Assembly (NCBI GenBank): GCA_963836235.1
Contig: CAWIIP010000004.1
Span: 288,001 to 352,000 of the forward strand
Length of the DNA: 64,000 nt
From: an uncultured Pseudomonadota bacterium
GTDB taxonomy: Bacteria; Oederibacteriota; Muellerivitia; Muellerivitales; Muellerivitaceae
Direction: 5' to 3'
Numbering within the stretch: position 1 is the first letter of the stretch; each line of letters starts with the position of its first letter. This document shows positions 8,351 through 17,945 of the stretch, piece after piece. Under the pieces are notes generated by a model, which was not told where the DNA came from, made no database searches, and saw only the letters and a program-made list of their open reading frames with translations. The translations under genes were made by a program, and so were the position numbers.

Positions 8351-9412
8351 TTATTTATTGGAAGAAGGTGTTGGCCGGGAGGTGGTAGCTTCTTTCCACA
8401 ATTGGAACAGGGTGCTCACCAAGCTTTTTCGAACCGCCAGGGGGTAGGGATTGCCAGGTGGCAATTGGCGCATCAGCCTGCGATGGGCCGCGCCGAGATG
8501 GTGGTAGGGCATGCCGGGAAAGAGGTGGTGGGTGGCGTGGAAGCGAAGGCCTACCGGGGCCCAAAGAGGCGTGGTGAGGCGGTTGCCAGGGATGTCGATG
8601 GAATCGAGGAATTGCTCCGAAAAGCTCATTTCATGGTTGGGCGGATTACGGTAGCAATGGGCCACCAGGGTGCGCAGGCCATTGGTGAAGAGGATGAAGA
8701 CCGCCGCCAGGTACCAAAGCGCCAGAACCTTCCAAGACAGGATTCCCAAGGCCATCAAGGTCATTCCCATGGCGGCATAGGCGAAGGTCATGAATTCCTG
8801 GGCCCACCAAATGTGTTTTTCCCTTTCGTCCGGCAGGGGGCGCTTAAAGCCCACCCCAACCGCCAATGACGAAGCCAGTTCCCAGAGGGGTTTCCTTAAA
8901 GGCTGGATACCGTAGGACAAGGGGGTCGCGACCAGAAACCGGATGAGGAACACCGCCGGGGCCAGAATCATCGTCAGCAAAAAGATCAATATCCGGTAAG
9001 GCTTTTCTAGGGCAAAGTCAAAATACTCGTGGTCGTCCTTGGTACCGTAAAGCCTCTGTTTGTGGTGGTCGATATGGACCCCCATGTAAAGCATGGAGGG
9101 AACCATGAGGGGAAAGCCACAGAGCAGGTTCCAAACCACGTGAAATGTCTGGAATGTTCCTTTTTTGAGGTGGGTCAGCTCGTGCACGAAGATGACCGCC
9201 CGGTAGAGGGCGAAACCAGCCACTAAAAAGGCCCCCCGTTGAATCAGAGAAAAATTGACGGACTTTACCGATATGACAAAAGCGGCCCATCCCAAAGCGA
9301 CGCTGAATAAAAAATCCACCCAATAAATCCAGGGGTTGGGGTTGAAAAGATCCTGGGTGATCCGCTTGGCTTCGGCCATAGGAAATTCAATAGAAGAGGT
9401 TTTTAGAACCAT
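8351..9412 (-). CDS. Membrane fatty acid desaturase-family di-iron enzyme
   Basis: His boxes HELTH, HIDHH, HATHH plus TM helices. Confidence 0.9.
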   Translation of the reverse strand: MVLKTSSIEFPMAEAKRITQDLFNPNPWIYWVDFLFSVALGWAAFVISVKSVNFSLIQRGAFLVAGFALYRAVIFVHELTHLKKGTFQTFHVVWNLLCGFPLMVPSMLYMGVHIDHHKQRLYGTKDDHEYFDFALEKPYRILIFLLTMILAPAVFLIRFLVATPLSYGIQPLRKPLWELASSLAVGVGFKRPLPDEREKHIWWAQEFMTFAYAAMGMTLMALGILSWKVLALWYLAAVFILFTNGLRTLVAHCYRNPPNHEMSFSEQFLDSIDIPGNRLTTPLWAPVGLRFHATHHLFPGMPYHHLGAAHRRLMRQLPPGNPYPLAVRKSLVSTLFQLWKEATTSRPTPSSNK

Positions 9413-9460
9413 GAGCCCTCCTAGGAGGGCTCACTCTAAAAGAAGGGTTCTCCTTCCCAC

Positions 9461-9531
9461 TATGATTCGGCTCACAAAACCCGCTATTTCCAGGCTTTCT
9501 TTGTCGTGAGCCTTCTATGAGCTGGATCATA
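9461..9531. promoter_or_regulatory. Two Crp/Fnr-type boxes serving divergent promoters
   Basis: TATGA-ttcggc-TCACA (9461-9476; minus -10 TAGAGT) and TATGA-gctgga-TCATA (9516-9531; plus -10 TATACT at 9553-9558). Confidence 0.8.
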
Positions 9532-9590
9532 TTGGGCCCGAGAGGCTCTTTTTATACTAATCAAACTTCCCGTCCTATTAAGGAGATTTT

Positions 9591-9890
9591 ATGGAATCGA
9601 AATCAACACCGATCAATCACGGCACGATTTTTTCATTGCTGGTGATATTTGTATTTTCTTCGGTAGGTTTGAGCCTTCTCCACCTTTCACCACTTTTGAA
9701 TAATCTGGGCATATTTGGAATCGCTACGATCATGGCCGGATTGGTGGTGTTTCAATATATGGGGTTGAGCTTAGAGGGGCCGCTCGTGGTGTGGCTTGTC
9801 ATCATTCCCTCGGTCCTCTTCGTCATTTTGGTATTTCTCCTGATGCCCGATATTGCCCATGTGCGGGTGGATTTCATCCGGAAGATTTGA
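9591..9890 (+). CDS. Cytochrome c oxidase subunit IV-like 3-TM protein (divergent)
   Basis: AAGGAG RBS; 3 TM segments; IATIMAGLVVFQYMGL...E...MPD resembles the CtaF pattern IA..KA.LV..FMHL..E. Confidence 0.6.
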   Translation: MESKSTPINHGTIFSLLVIFVFSSVGLSLLHLSPLLNNLGIFGIATIMAGLVVFQYMGLSLEGPLVVWLVIIPSVLFVILVFLLMPDIAHVRVDFIRKI

Positions 9891-9891
9891 G

Positions 9892-10059
9892 ATGAAGCCG
9901 GGGTGGGTTGGCCTTCTTGCCATACTTTCAGCAATTATCTTTCCCTTCACCACGGAGTTTCCGAGGCCAGCCTTTCTCCTTTCCCTTTTCGTTCTTTTTG
10001 CGCTCTTGGGTCTAAGGTGGCTGGGCCGTCTAATGAAACCTGTTTTCCCGCCCCTCTAA
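9892..10059 (+). CDS. Small 2-TM hypothetical protein (55 aa)
   Basis: ATG 1 nt after the upstream stop; hydrophobic; fills the operon gap. Confidence 0.55.
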   Translation: MKPGWVGLLAILSAIIFPFTTEFPRPAFLLSLFVLFALLGLRWLGRLMKPVFPPL

Positions 10060-10091
10060 GCGGGCTTTTCAAAAAAATAAAAGGAGACGGA

Positions 10092-10913
10092 ATGCCGACC
10101 ATCGAGAAAAACAAGAATTATGAAATCACGGATAAATCCGAAGGGTTGGACAAGCCCAGCGCCAAAACCTGGGACGGACTTTCGCGGATGGCTTTCGCCG
10201 CCAATTGGGACCCTGAAACGGCCGTCAATTGGAACCTGCCCATCGAGTTGGGAAACGTTAGGGAAGGCTGGATCAATATTCTCCATTACTTTTACGAGGG
10301 AGAATGGCAGGGGCTGGAAATCATCCAGCGGCTCATGAACAAGGCGGCGCATTTGTTTAATAAACCTGAAATGGTGACTTATTATTCAACCCAATGCGCT
10401 GATGAGGCGAAACACTTGCTGGTATTCCGGAAATATCTCCACAAATTGAACTCGCCGCCCGCCAAGCAAAAGGTTTTCGACATACTGGTTTGGCTGGCCA
10501 CCAGCGGACCTATGCCGGTGGAACGATGGATATTGGGAACCTATTTCACCGAGACCATGGCAGGGGCTATTTTCCAGAAGACCCTCGAACTTCCCGCCAT
10601 TGACCCCACAGGCAAAGAGATGATCCGGCTCCAGCTCAAGGACGAATCCCGGCATATCGCGGGCACCAAGCTGGGAGTCCAGACCCTGATGGACCATTGT
10701 GGACCTTTCAAGACCTGGATTTTAAAGGTCTGGTGGAAATTATTCGTGAAATTGGCGGTTAAGGAAATCCGCGCCCTGAAACCCTATGGGGATCAGGTAG
10801 GAATGGACCCGGAATATATCCTCCACAAATGCTTTTCCAAAATGGCCGAAATGAAGGAATTTGACCAAAAGTTCCTTTGCTTTTCCCAGGCTCAATCATT
10901 TTTGAGGAATTAA
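10092..10913 (+). CDS. Ferritin-like di-iron protein (AurF / aldehyde-deformylating oxygenase-like fold)
   Basis: AAGGAG RBS; ligand pattern EGE...DEAKH...TE...DESRH. Confidence 0.8.
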   Translation: MPTIEKNKNYEITDKSEGLDKPSAKTWDGLSRMAFAANWDPETAVNWNLPIELGNVREGWINILHYFYEGEWQGLEIIQRLMNKAAHLFNKPEMVTYYSTQCADEAKHLLVFRKYLHKLNSPPAKQKVFDILVWLATSGPMPVERWILGTYFTETMAGAIFQKTLELPAIDPTGKEMIRLQLKDESRHIAGTKLGVQTLMDHCGPFKTWILKVWWKLFVKLAVKEIRALKPYGDQVGMDPEYILHKCFSKMAEMKEFDQKFLCFSQAQSFLRN

Positions 10914-10932
10914 TTCCTTGGAGGCTGGTTCC

Positions 10933-12270
10933 TTGACAGAAGCTTTTTTCAAATTGACCAGCCAGATTACTCGTTGGTTTCCACGGAAGGGGGCAAAGGC
11001 TCTTGACCAAGTCCTTTTTCCTATTTTGGGAAACCAATGGCTGGTGGATTCTTTCCACAAGGCCAACCAAAGAAAATTGAAAAAGCTTTCCTCCTTCCAG
11101 CGCCTTCTCGTGATTTCGGATATCCATATTGGCGACTCGGTTTTGATCCAAACGGCGGTTTCGGCCCTGCGGGATTTTTTCCCAAATGCCCAAATCGACT
11201 ACATGGTCAAGAAGTCCGCGGCGTGCCTCCTGGAAGGGCACCCGGATGTCTCAGAACTGTGGCCTGTTTTCACGGGAGACAGGTTGCCCAATGAATCGGA
11301 TATTCGAAATATCCAAGAGCTGTCGGTGGAATATGACGCGGTTTTCAACTTTTGTCCCTTTATCAAGCCGGAATCCTTCTCTGAGAGATGGAAGACCTTT
11401 CATTTCATGACTTACGTGGCGGATTTTGCCCGAAACGAATGGAAAGGAACGGGGATAAACCATATTTCCTATCAATCCCATAAGTTTATTTACGATTTGT
11501 TTCATCCTCTTTTTTCGATTCAAAGGGCCAGGCCTTTTGAGGGGCCGGGATTATTTCTTTCCCCGGAAGCCATCCATGAAGCCCATGGCTTCATCGAAGG
11601 TACAATGGGGGAAGAAAAGGAAAAAATTGTTTTCCTGAATCCTGAAACGGCGTCCGCCTTTACCCAAATTCCCTTTGCCACCCAATCGGAGCTTCTGAAT
11701 GGCTTGGTGGAGATGCCCTGCCGGATTCTCGTTGGCGAGGGGAGGGTGGATAAGGAATTGGCCGAACGATTGCGGTTGACCGTCCCGATTTGGAAAAGGG
11801 ACCGGATAACCCTAGCCCCCGCCAGCATGTCCTTGGACACTTATGCGGCCCTTATTGATTGGAGCGATATTTTTGTTTCAGGGGACACGGGCCCCTTGCA
11901 TATGGCGGCGGCTTGGAAAAGGGACCGAAGTGCGCGTCATTCTTTTCGAAACGTGACCTCGGTCCTTAGCGTTTTTGGGGCGACCCCACCCCGTCTGTCC
12001 GGCTACGATTCTTTCCGATGGGACTTCCTGGAAGCGGAACAAAAATCCTGGTCCCACGCCTATCAATTTGAAAGTTCCTGCCGAAACATCACTTGTATGC
12101 ACAAAATGGCGAAAGTTTGTGACGCCAAAGGGTGTTTTCAATCACTGAAGATGGATAAAATCCTTTTCGACATCAAAGATATCCTTCGGGGACCCACTCT
12201 TACGTCCCCGGGAATTGAAAGGGATTCTCCTTGCTTCCCAAAGAACATGGCGCCTGGAATGCGCTTTTAG
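10933..12270 (+). CDS. Glycosyltransferase family 9 (heptosyltransferase-like)
   Basis: HIGDSVL...ALRDFFPNAQID and DTGPLHMAAA motifs; TTG start after GGAGG. Confidence 0.85.
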   Translation: MTEAFFKLTSQITRWFPRKGAKALDQVLFPILGNQWLVDSFHKANQRKLKKLSSFQRLLVISDIHIGDSVLIQTAVSALRDFFPNAQIDYMVKKSAACLLEGHPDVSELWPVFTGDRLPNESDIRNIQELSVEYDAVFNFCPFIKPESFSERWKTFHFMTYVADFARNEWKGTGINHISYQSHKFIYDLFHPLFSIQRARPFEGPGLFLSPEAIHEAHGFIEGTMGEEKEKIVFLNPETASAFTQIPFATQSELLNGLVEMPCRILVGEGRVDKELAERLRLTVPIWKRDRITLAPASMSLDTYAALIDWSDIFVSGDTGPLHMAAAWKRDRSARHSFRNVTSVLSVFGATPPRLSGYDSFRWDFLEAEQKSWSHAYQFESSCRNITCMHKMAKVCDAKGCFQSLKMDKILFDIKDILRGPTLTSPGIERDSPCFPKNMAPGMRF

Positions 12271-13019
12271 TTTCTCTCTTCGCGGGTTGGATAATCCTTG
12301 GAGAATGGAACATTGCCGCCCTGGCCGCCAGTTTTTTTTGGATTTCGGGATTCATCCTGAGGGGACCTTTTTCCACTTATTGCCAGTATAAGAAAGCCGA
12401 TCCCTTGAAGTCCCGGCTGGCTTTAGGATTCGCTGTTTTTCTGGTGGCTACCCTGGTTTTATCCGGCCTTGTTTTTTACCAAACGGCTCCGGTGGCGGAC
12501 ATTCGGTTGGTTGAATCGTTGGCCATTCCGTTAGGAGCGGTAATTTTTGTCCTGACAGTCTTTCATAGGTCTTTGCGATTTCTCGCGGCAGAAATTTTTG
12601 GTTTTGCCGGCATTTGCTTATTGGTGCCAACCTTGTTTCTCACAATCCCCAAGGCTGACCCAACGAAGGCCCTGTGGCTTTACGCCTTTTTTGCGGGATA
12701 CTTCATCCTTTCCCTTTTTTACGTCAAAACGCGGCAGGGATGGCTGGCACAATCGAGGAAGGGTGTGAATTTGAATTGGGCACAAAGGCTTTCAAAAGGC
12801 TGGATAATGGTTCTGATCCATTTCCTGCTTGTTCTCATAATCGTTTGGTTGGCACCATCCCGGCTATGGTTTCTTGGCCCCCTTTACGCCGGATTTAGGG
12901 TTTTGACGGGAGTTTTATGGGGAAAGATGGGATTGCCTATAATGAAACTTGGTGTCCGGGAGATGATCCATTCCCTTGTCTTTACGGTCATTGTTCTCGT
13001 CACCTGGAAGGTTTTTTAA
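12231..13019 (+). CDS. YwiC-like membrane protein
   Basis: N-terminal PKEHGAW signature, multi-TM, FYVK and C-terminal LGVREM. Confidence 0.8.
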   Translation: MLPKEHGAWNALLVSLFAGWIILGEWNIAALAASFFWISGFILRGPFSTYCQYKKADPLKSRLALGFAVFLVATLVLSGLVFYQTAPVADIRLVESLAIPLGAVIFVLTVFHRSLRFLAAEIFGFAGICLLVPTLFLTIPKADPTKALWLYAFFAGYFILSLFYVKTRQGWLAQSRKGVNLNWAQRLSKGWIMVLIHFLLVLIIVWLAPSRLWFLGPLYAGFRVLTGVLWGKMGLPIMKLGVREMIHSLVFTVIVLVTWKVF

Positions 13020-13773
13020 CGGGAGCAAGGGTTGTTTGGACCACTTGGTTTCGCCCTCTTTGCTTGGCTGCATAAAGGTTCTTGTCGGCCTCGTCGATCA
13101 TGAGGTGGTAATTGGATTCTAAGGGATCGTAAACGGTCGTCACCCCGACGCTTACCGTCACACTCACGTCGTGGGGTTCGGCACGGAATTTTTCCTTTTC
13201 CATTTCCTTGCGGATACGTTCCGCGACCATCAGGGCGTTGGCTTCGTCGCAATTGGGGAGAATGCAAAGAAATTCCTCCCCGCCATATCGCGTCGCAATA
13301 TCACCTTGCCGAACGGAATCCTCAATGATTTGGGCGAAAATTTTCAAGACCATATCTCCGAAAGGATGGCCATGGGCATCGTTAACCCGCTTGAACAGGT
13401 CCAAGTCCATCATGAGGCAGGAAATGGGTTGACGAGTGTCCAGGTGCTTGCGGAACTCGATTTTGAAAACTTCGTGCAGGAAGCGGTGGTTACCCAGACC
13501 CGTGAGGGGATCGGTTTGAGTCAATTTCTCCAATCTGATATTTTTGTTAATGATGGCATCGGATTTACGCCCCAAGAGATGGCCGAAAAGGCCGAAGGCC
13601 GAGCAGGTTCCAAGGGTCATGTAAGTATAGAAAAAAGAATAAAGATTCCATTCATCCCGGGAGGAAAAATCCAGGGAAAGGTTGGATGAGAAGGTGTGAA
13701 TCAGCAAGGCACCCAATGGGGCGCCCAAGCCGAGTAAAACGCCGATCAAAAGATAGGAAATGGATTTTTTCAT
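13000..13773 (-). CDS. Membrane-anchored diguanylate cyclase
   Basis: DPLTGLGN, DLDLFKRVND, RQGD I-site, GGEEF; 2 N-terminal TM segments. Confidence 0.92.
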   Translation of the reverse strand: MKKSISYLLIGVLLGLGAPLGALLIHTFSSNLSLDFSSRDEWNLYSFFYTYMTLGTCSAFGLFGHLLGRKSDAIINKNIRLEKLTQTDPLTGLGNHRFLHEVFKIEFRKHLDTRQPISCLMMDLDLFKRVNDAHGHPFGDMVLKIFAQIIEDSVRQGDIATRYGGEEFLCILPNCDEANALMVAERIRKEMEKEKFRAEPHDVSVTVSVGVTTVYDPLESNYHLMIDEADKNLYAAKQRGRNQVVQTTLAPVKKPSR

Positions 13774-13902
13774 AGCGATCAGCCTTGTCCGGTGGTAAAG
13801 GTTTCTCTACGGACCTACTCATGGCCACTGAATTGATCGGTGGCATTTTCCAATAGGCTCGCGACAAATCCAAAATTGTTCCTTCGCGCCAAGTGCCGAC
13901 CA

Positions 13903-14424
13903 TCATATACCAATTTCTTTTTTGGGTTTGGCGTCCTTTTCGAAAGAATCCATTGAAAAAGAAAGAAGCCGGCATAGGGCGGATTTTTCCTGGTCGCTGA
14001 TCACTCGGTCCAATTCGGGGTATAAAATCCGCTCCTCTCGAAGCGAATGGTGCTCTATGAATTTTTTGTAGTGGGCCTCGTCATCCATAACGGAAATGAT
14101 ATCTTTGGGATCGGGGATAAAGTTCAGGCGGGAAAGCCTCAGCTTGAGCCGACCCAGCCATTCGTTGATTTTTTGGTGCTCTTGAGTGAAAGTTTCCGGG
14201 TCGCCTCCTCTGATGGGGGTGGCCCTCTCGCGGTAGAGTGGCAAAAGGATCTCCTCCTCTTCCTTTAGATGGCTTCGAAGGCCCTCCGCGTAGGTTTGAA
14301 GCGAGGCCCGGGCTTCCCGGCCATCCGCTTTCAGGACGGCCACTTGATGACGGAAGAACAAGTCATCCAGTTCTTTGTGGATGTTGTTCAAGTCCGATAG
14401 GTTTTTCGGTGGGGAAGTCGTCAT
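13903..14424 (-). CDS. Hemerythrin / HHE cation-binding protein
   Basis: H...HLKEEEEILLP...EH...HSLREERILYP. Confidence 0.85.
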   Translation of the reverse strand: MTTSPPKNLSDLNNIHKELDDLFFRHQVAVLKADGREARASLQTYAEGLRSHLKEEEEILLPLYRERATPIRGGDPETFTQEHQKINEWLGRLKLRLSRLNFIPDPKDIISVMDDEAHYKKFIEHHSLREERILYPELDRVISDQEKSALCRLLSFSMDSFEKDAKPKKEIGI

Positions 14425-14484
14425 GATTTTTCCTTATTTTATTTATTCAGCAGTTTAATGATAATTTCGTCCTTCTTTGGCTGG

Positions 14485-14500
14485 TATGACCGCCCTCATA
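14485..14500. promoter_or_regulatory. Crp/Fnr-type box, class II position
   Basis: TATGA-ccgccc-TCATA; minus-strand -10 TATCAT at 14463-14458. Confidence 0.8.
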
Positions 14501-14648
14501 AAAAGGTTTTTGGATTGTTTAAAAATCTAAACATGTCGAGCCGGAAAATTGGATAAAAGAATCATTGTTTTGAGGGGGAAATAAACGATTTGTCTAACCC
14601 AATACCAAAGATAGAGAAACTTAGGACGGGTTGTTTTTAAGAGGGAGG

Positions 14649-15756
14649 CTAATTCAGTGTCTGCCGGAACCGCCGGGAGCTGACCCAAACCATAAAAACC
14701 GCCATGACGAATAGGATTCCCGTATAGGTAGCCCACTAGGGTGGGGTCTCCTCCTTTGAGCATTATGTTTCTCAAGAGCGCCACGAAATACATTACCGGG
14801 TCCACATAAGCGAAGGGCTTGAGGATCCAGGGCATGTTCTCGATCGGGTAGATGAGGCCTGAAAGCTGGATGGCGGGGAAAATGAAAAGAAACCCGAACA
14901 TGGCCGATTGCTGCATGTTTTGGACGAAACTGGAAAGAAGCACCCCCAGGCTCACTGTGTTGATCACGAAGGCCAGGGCCGCCAGCAACAGCATCCAAAG
15001 CGGCCCCCGCATGGGAACTTGGAATCCAAAAACGGCAACCGCCAAAACCAGGCACATATCCACCATTCCAAAGATCACATAAGGAACCGTTTTGCCCAAG
15101 AGGATTTCATAAGGCTTAGCCGGGGAAGCGATGAGGGTTTCGAAGGTTCCTAGTTCTTTCTCCCTGGCGATGGAAGAACTGGTCAGGACTACCGTGATGA
15201 TGACCAACACCATGCAAAGCACGCCCGGTACCATGAAAACGGACGTTACCAATTCGGGGTTGTAAAGGTAACGGACGGAGAACTGCACTGGCGGTGGCCG
15301 GGGCGACCGGTTGGTTTGTTCCTGTACCGCTTCCCCCAGCACCGCCTGCACATAGCCTTCGATGCTTTGGGCCTTCACGATATTCTCCGCGTCCACCAAA
15401 AGCTGGACCCGGCCCTTACCATCTTCCAGGGCCCGAGTCAGGCCGCCTTCCGGAGCGATCAAGACCGCGTCGGCCCGGCCGGATTGGATCAGATGGAAAG
15501 GATTGTCGTCCTCGCGGGGAGCGGGGATAAACCAGCCCGACCCCTTGCACCGGTCCTCGATCTTTCGCATCAGAACGTCGTTGGGCTTGTAGACGAAAGA
15601 CAGCTTGATGTTGTTCACGTCGGTATTGATGGCCAGGCCAAAAAGGGTCAGTTGGATGATAGGAGCCACGAACAACAGGATGCGCATGCGGGGGTCCCGC
15701 AGGGTCTGGGCCGTTTCTTTTTTGATGAATCCGATGAGGATGGGGTTGATTTTCAT
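14649..15756 (-). CDS. ABC-2 permease (YbhR-like); 1-nt frameshift near 14733
   Basis: IAREKELGTFETLIASP, LSGLIYPIENMP. Removing one G restores the last TM helix ATYTGILFVMAVFMVWVSSRRFRQTLN*. Confidence 0.85.
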
Positions 15757-15777
15757 AGCCGACACCTAAGGCTGTTT

Positions 15778-15881
15778 AACCACGAAGGCACCAAGAACAA
15801 CGAAGAATCAAGACGTTTTAAATATAATGAAAATCCAATCTTTGCTTTGTCTTTCTTGGTGCCCTTGGTGTCTTGGTGGTT
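15778..15881. repeat. Intergenic REP-like inverted-repeat element
   Basis: AACCACGAAGGCACCAAG...CTTGGTGCCCTTGGTGTCTTGGTGGTT, with internal ~9-bp periodicity. Confidence 0.65.
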
Positions 15882-15907
15882 CAAATTATCTTTCTTTTTT
15901 GGTTTTC

Positions 15908-17029
15908 TCATGGTTCCACGTCCTTCTTGAAGAGCCTGGCGGCAAGGGCGATGAAAAAGACGTCCATGGCCAGGAGCACCAAAAGGGGTCCGGCCAGTTC
16001 AGCCCATCCGGCGCCCCTGAGGAAAAGGCCCCGCATGACCACCATGAACCACCGCGCGGGAAAGATCATGGTGAAGTACTGGAAAAAAACCGGCATGCTT
16101 TCGATCGGAAAAATAAAACCGGAAAGCATGAGGGAAGGCAGTTGACCCGCCATTTGGGAAAATTGGATAGCCGCGATCTGGTGCCGGGTGGTGACCGAAA
16201 TGATGAGACCCTGGGCCAGGTTGGCCGACAGGAAAAGAAGGGTCCCCGCGAAAAGCAGCAAGTGGCTGCCCTGAAAGGGTACCCCGAAAAGGAGACGGGC
16301 CGCCAGGTAGATGATGGCCTGGCCGATGAAACCCATGGCCAGGTAGGGCGCCAATTTGCCGGTGATGATTTCCAGGGATGAAACGGGCGTGGAGAGGAGC
16401 ATCTCCATTGAGCCGTTCTCCCATTCCCGGGCCACCGTCAGGGCGGTCAGCATGATGCTGATGATCGCCAGCACGACCACCGACAGGCCGGGGACAGTGA
16501 ACCACCGGCTGTTGAGCTCACCGTTGAAAAGGTAGCGGGTAACCAAGCTTACGGGCTGGGCGGCGCTTTGCCCCGTGATCCTTTGGGCAGCCGCCATTTG
16601 GATGCCCGAGAGGTAGCCACCGATGACACCGGCTGTAGAATTGTCCGAACCATCGATCAAAACCTGGGCCGTGGCCGTTCCTTCCCGGTCAATGTCCCGT
16701 GCGAAATGGGGGTCGATAAAAAGGGCCGCCTTGGCCGCTCCGGAATCCAGCGTGGCGGCGGGGTTAAGGTCCAGGCTCCGGTAATGAAGGTTGAAATAGC
16801 CGGAGGATTGGAAGGCCTCCGCCAATTGGCGGGAGGCGCGGCTATGGTCCTGGTCGTACACCGTCAGGTCGATATCGTGCACGTTGAAGTCGATGGCATA
16901 GCCGAAGAAAAGCACCATGAGCAGGGGAAGTCCTATGGCCAACCCCAGGGTGAAGGGGTCCCGCACAATATGGCGGACTTCCTTACGGGCGATGGAAAAA
17001 GCCCTTCTGATATTGAAAAAGCCGTTCAT
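15908..17029 (-). CDS. ABC-2 permease (YbhS-like)
   Basis: RKEVRHIVRD, VAREWENGSMEMLLSTP, LSGFIFPIESMP. Confidence 0.9.
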   Translation of the reverse strand: MNGFFNIRRAFSIARKEVRHIVRDPFTLGLAIGLPLLMVLFFGYAIDFNVHDIDLTVYDQDHSRASRQLAEAFQSSGYFNLHYRSLDLNPAATLDSGAAKAALFIDPHFARDIDREGTATAQVLIDGSDNSTAGVIGGYLSGIQMAAAQRITGQSAAQPVSLVTRYLFNGELNSRWFTVPGLSVVVLAIISIMLTALTVAREWENGSMEMLLSTPVSSLEIITGKLAPYLAMGFIGQAIIYLAARLLFGVPFQGSHLLLFAGTLLFLSANLAQGLIISVTTRHQIAAIQFSQMAGQLPSLMLSGFIFPIESMPVFFQYFTMIFPARWFMVVMRGLFLRGAGWAELAGPLLVLLAMDVFFIALAARLFKKDVEP

Positions 17030-17943
17030 TTTTGCGCCCCTTCCACCAGGCGGATGAAGACATCTTCCAGCGAAGGGGCGATAGGCCTATTTTCAAAATC
17101 TTTGGACATGCGGGAAGCCGTACGGCGCCAAGAGGCAGCGGTCTTGACTACCACGTGGTAGCGCATACCATAGGGATTCACTTCCTCCACGGAGCTTTCC
17201 TTCTTCAGTTTCTCCAGCCAATGGCGGGAATGGGTCCGGGGGGTGATTTCGTAAATGGGTTCGGGAAAGGCTTGGCGTTTCAGCTTCGCAGGGCTTCCGA
17301 TAGCGATGATTCGGCCGTCCCGCATGAGGGCGATGCGACCGCATTGCTCCGCCTCATCCATGTAATGGGTGGTCACGAAAACCGTCTTGCCCCTCTTGGA
17401 TAGGCCCTGAATGATCGACCAGAAGCGGCTGCGGGAAACGGGGGAAACCCCAGCGGTAGGCTCGTCCAGAAAGACGATGTCGGGATCATGCAAGAGTGCG
17501 GCGACCAGGGAGACCTCCTGTTTGGTGCCCCCGGAGAGTTCCCGCACCAGCCGGTCCTCCCTTTCCTTGAAGGCGATGAAGCCCAGCCATTCCTTCCGAC
17601 GCTTGAGGTAGAGGTTCTTGGGTATCTTGTGAAGGGCCGCGGTGAAATCCAGGTTTTCATCGACCGTCATGTCCTGGTAAAGCGTGAACTTCTGGGACAT
17701 GTAGCCCACCTTGGCCTTGACGGCCTCCAGTCCCTTTTTGGGGTTCAGCCCCGCCACCGCCACCTCACCCGAAGTGGGGATGAGCAGGCCGCAAAGCACC
17801 CGGATGGTAGTCGTCTTGCCCGCCCCGTTGGCTCCCAGGAAGCCGAAGATCTCGCCCTGGTTGACGGCAAAGGAGATGTTATCCACCGCCGTGAAGGCGC
17901 CGAATTTGACGGTTAGGTTTTTTACTTCCACCGAATAAGCCAT
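17026..17943 (-). CDS. ABC transporter ATP-binding protein (YbhF C-half-like)
   Basis: GANGAGKTT, LSGG, LDEPT, TTHYMDEAE. Confidence 0.93.
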   Translation of the reverse strand: MAYSVEVKNLTVKFGAFTAVDNISFAVNQGEIFGFLGANGAGKTTTIRVLCGLLIPTSGEVAVAGLNPKKGLEAVKAKVGYMSQKFTLYQDMTVDENLDFTAALHKIPKNLYLKRRKEWLGFIAFKEREDRLVRELSGGTKQEVSLVAALLHDPDIVFLDEPTAGVSPVSRSRFWSIIQGLSKRGKTVFVTTHYMDEAEQCGRIALMRDGRIIAIGSPAKLKRQAFPEPIYEITPRTHSRHWLEKLKKESSVEEVNPYGMRYHVVVKTAASWRRTASRMSKDFENRPIAPSLEDVFIRLVEGAQK

Positions 17944-17945
17944 TC

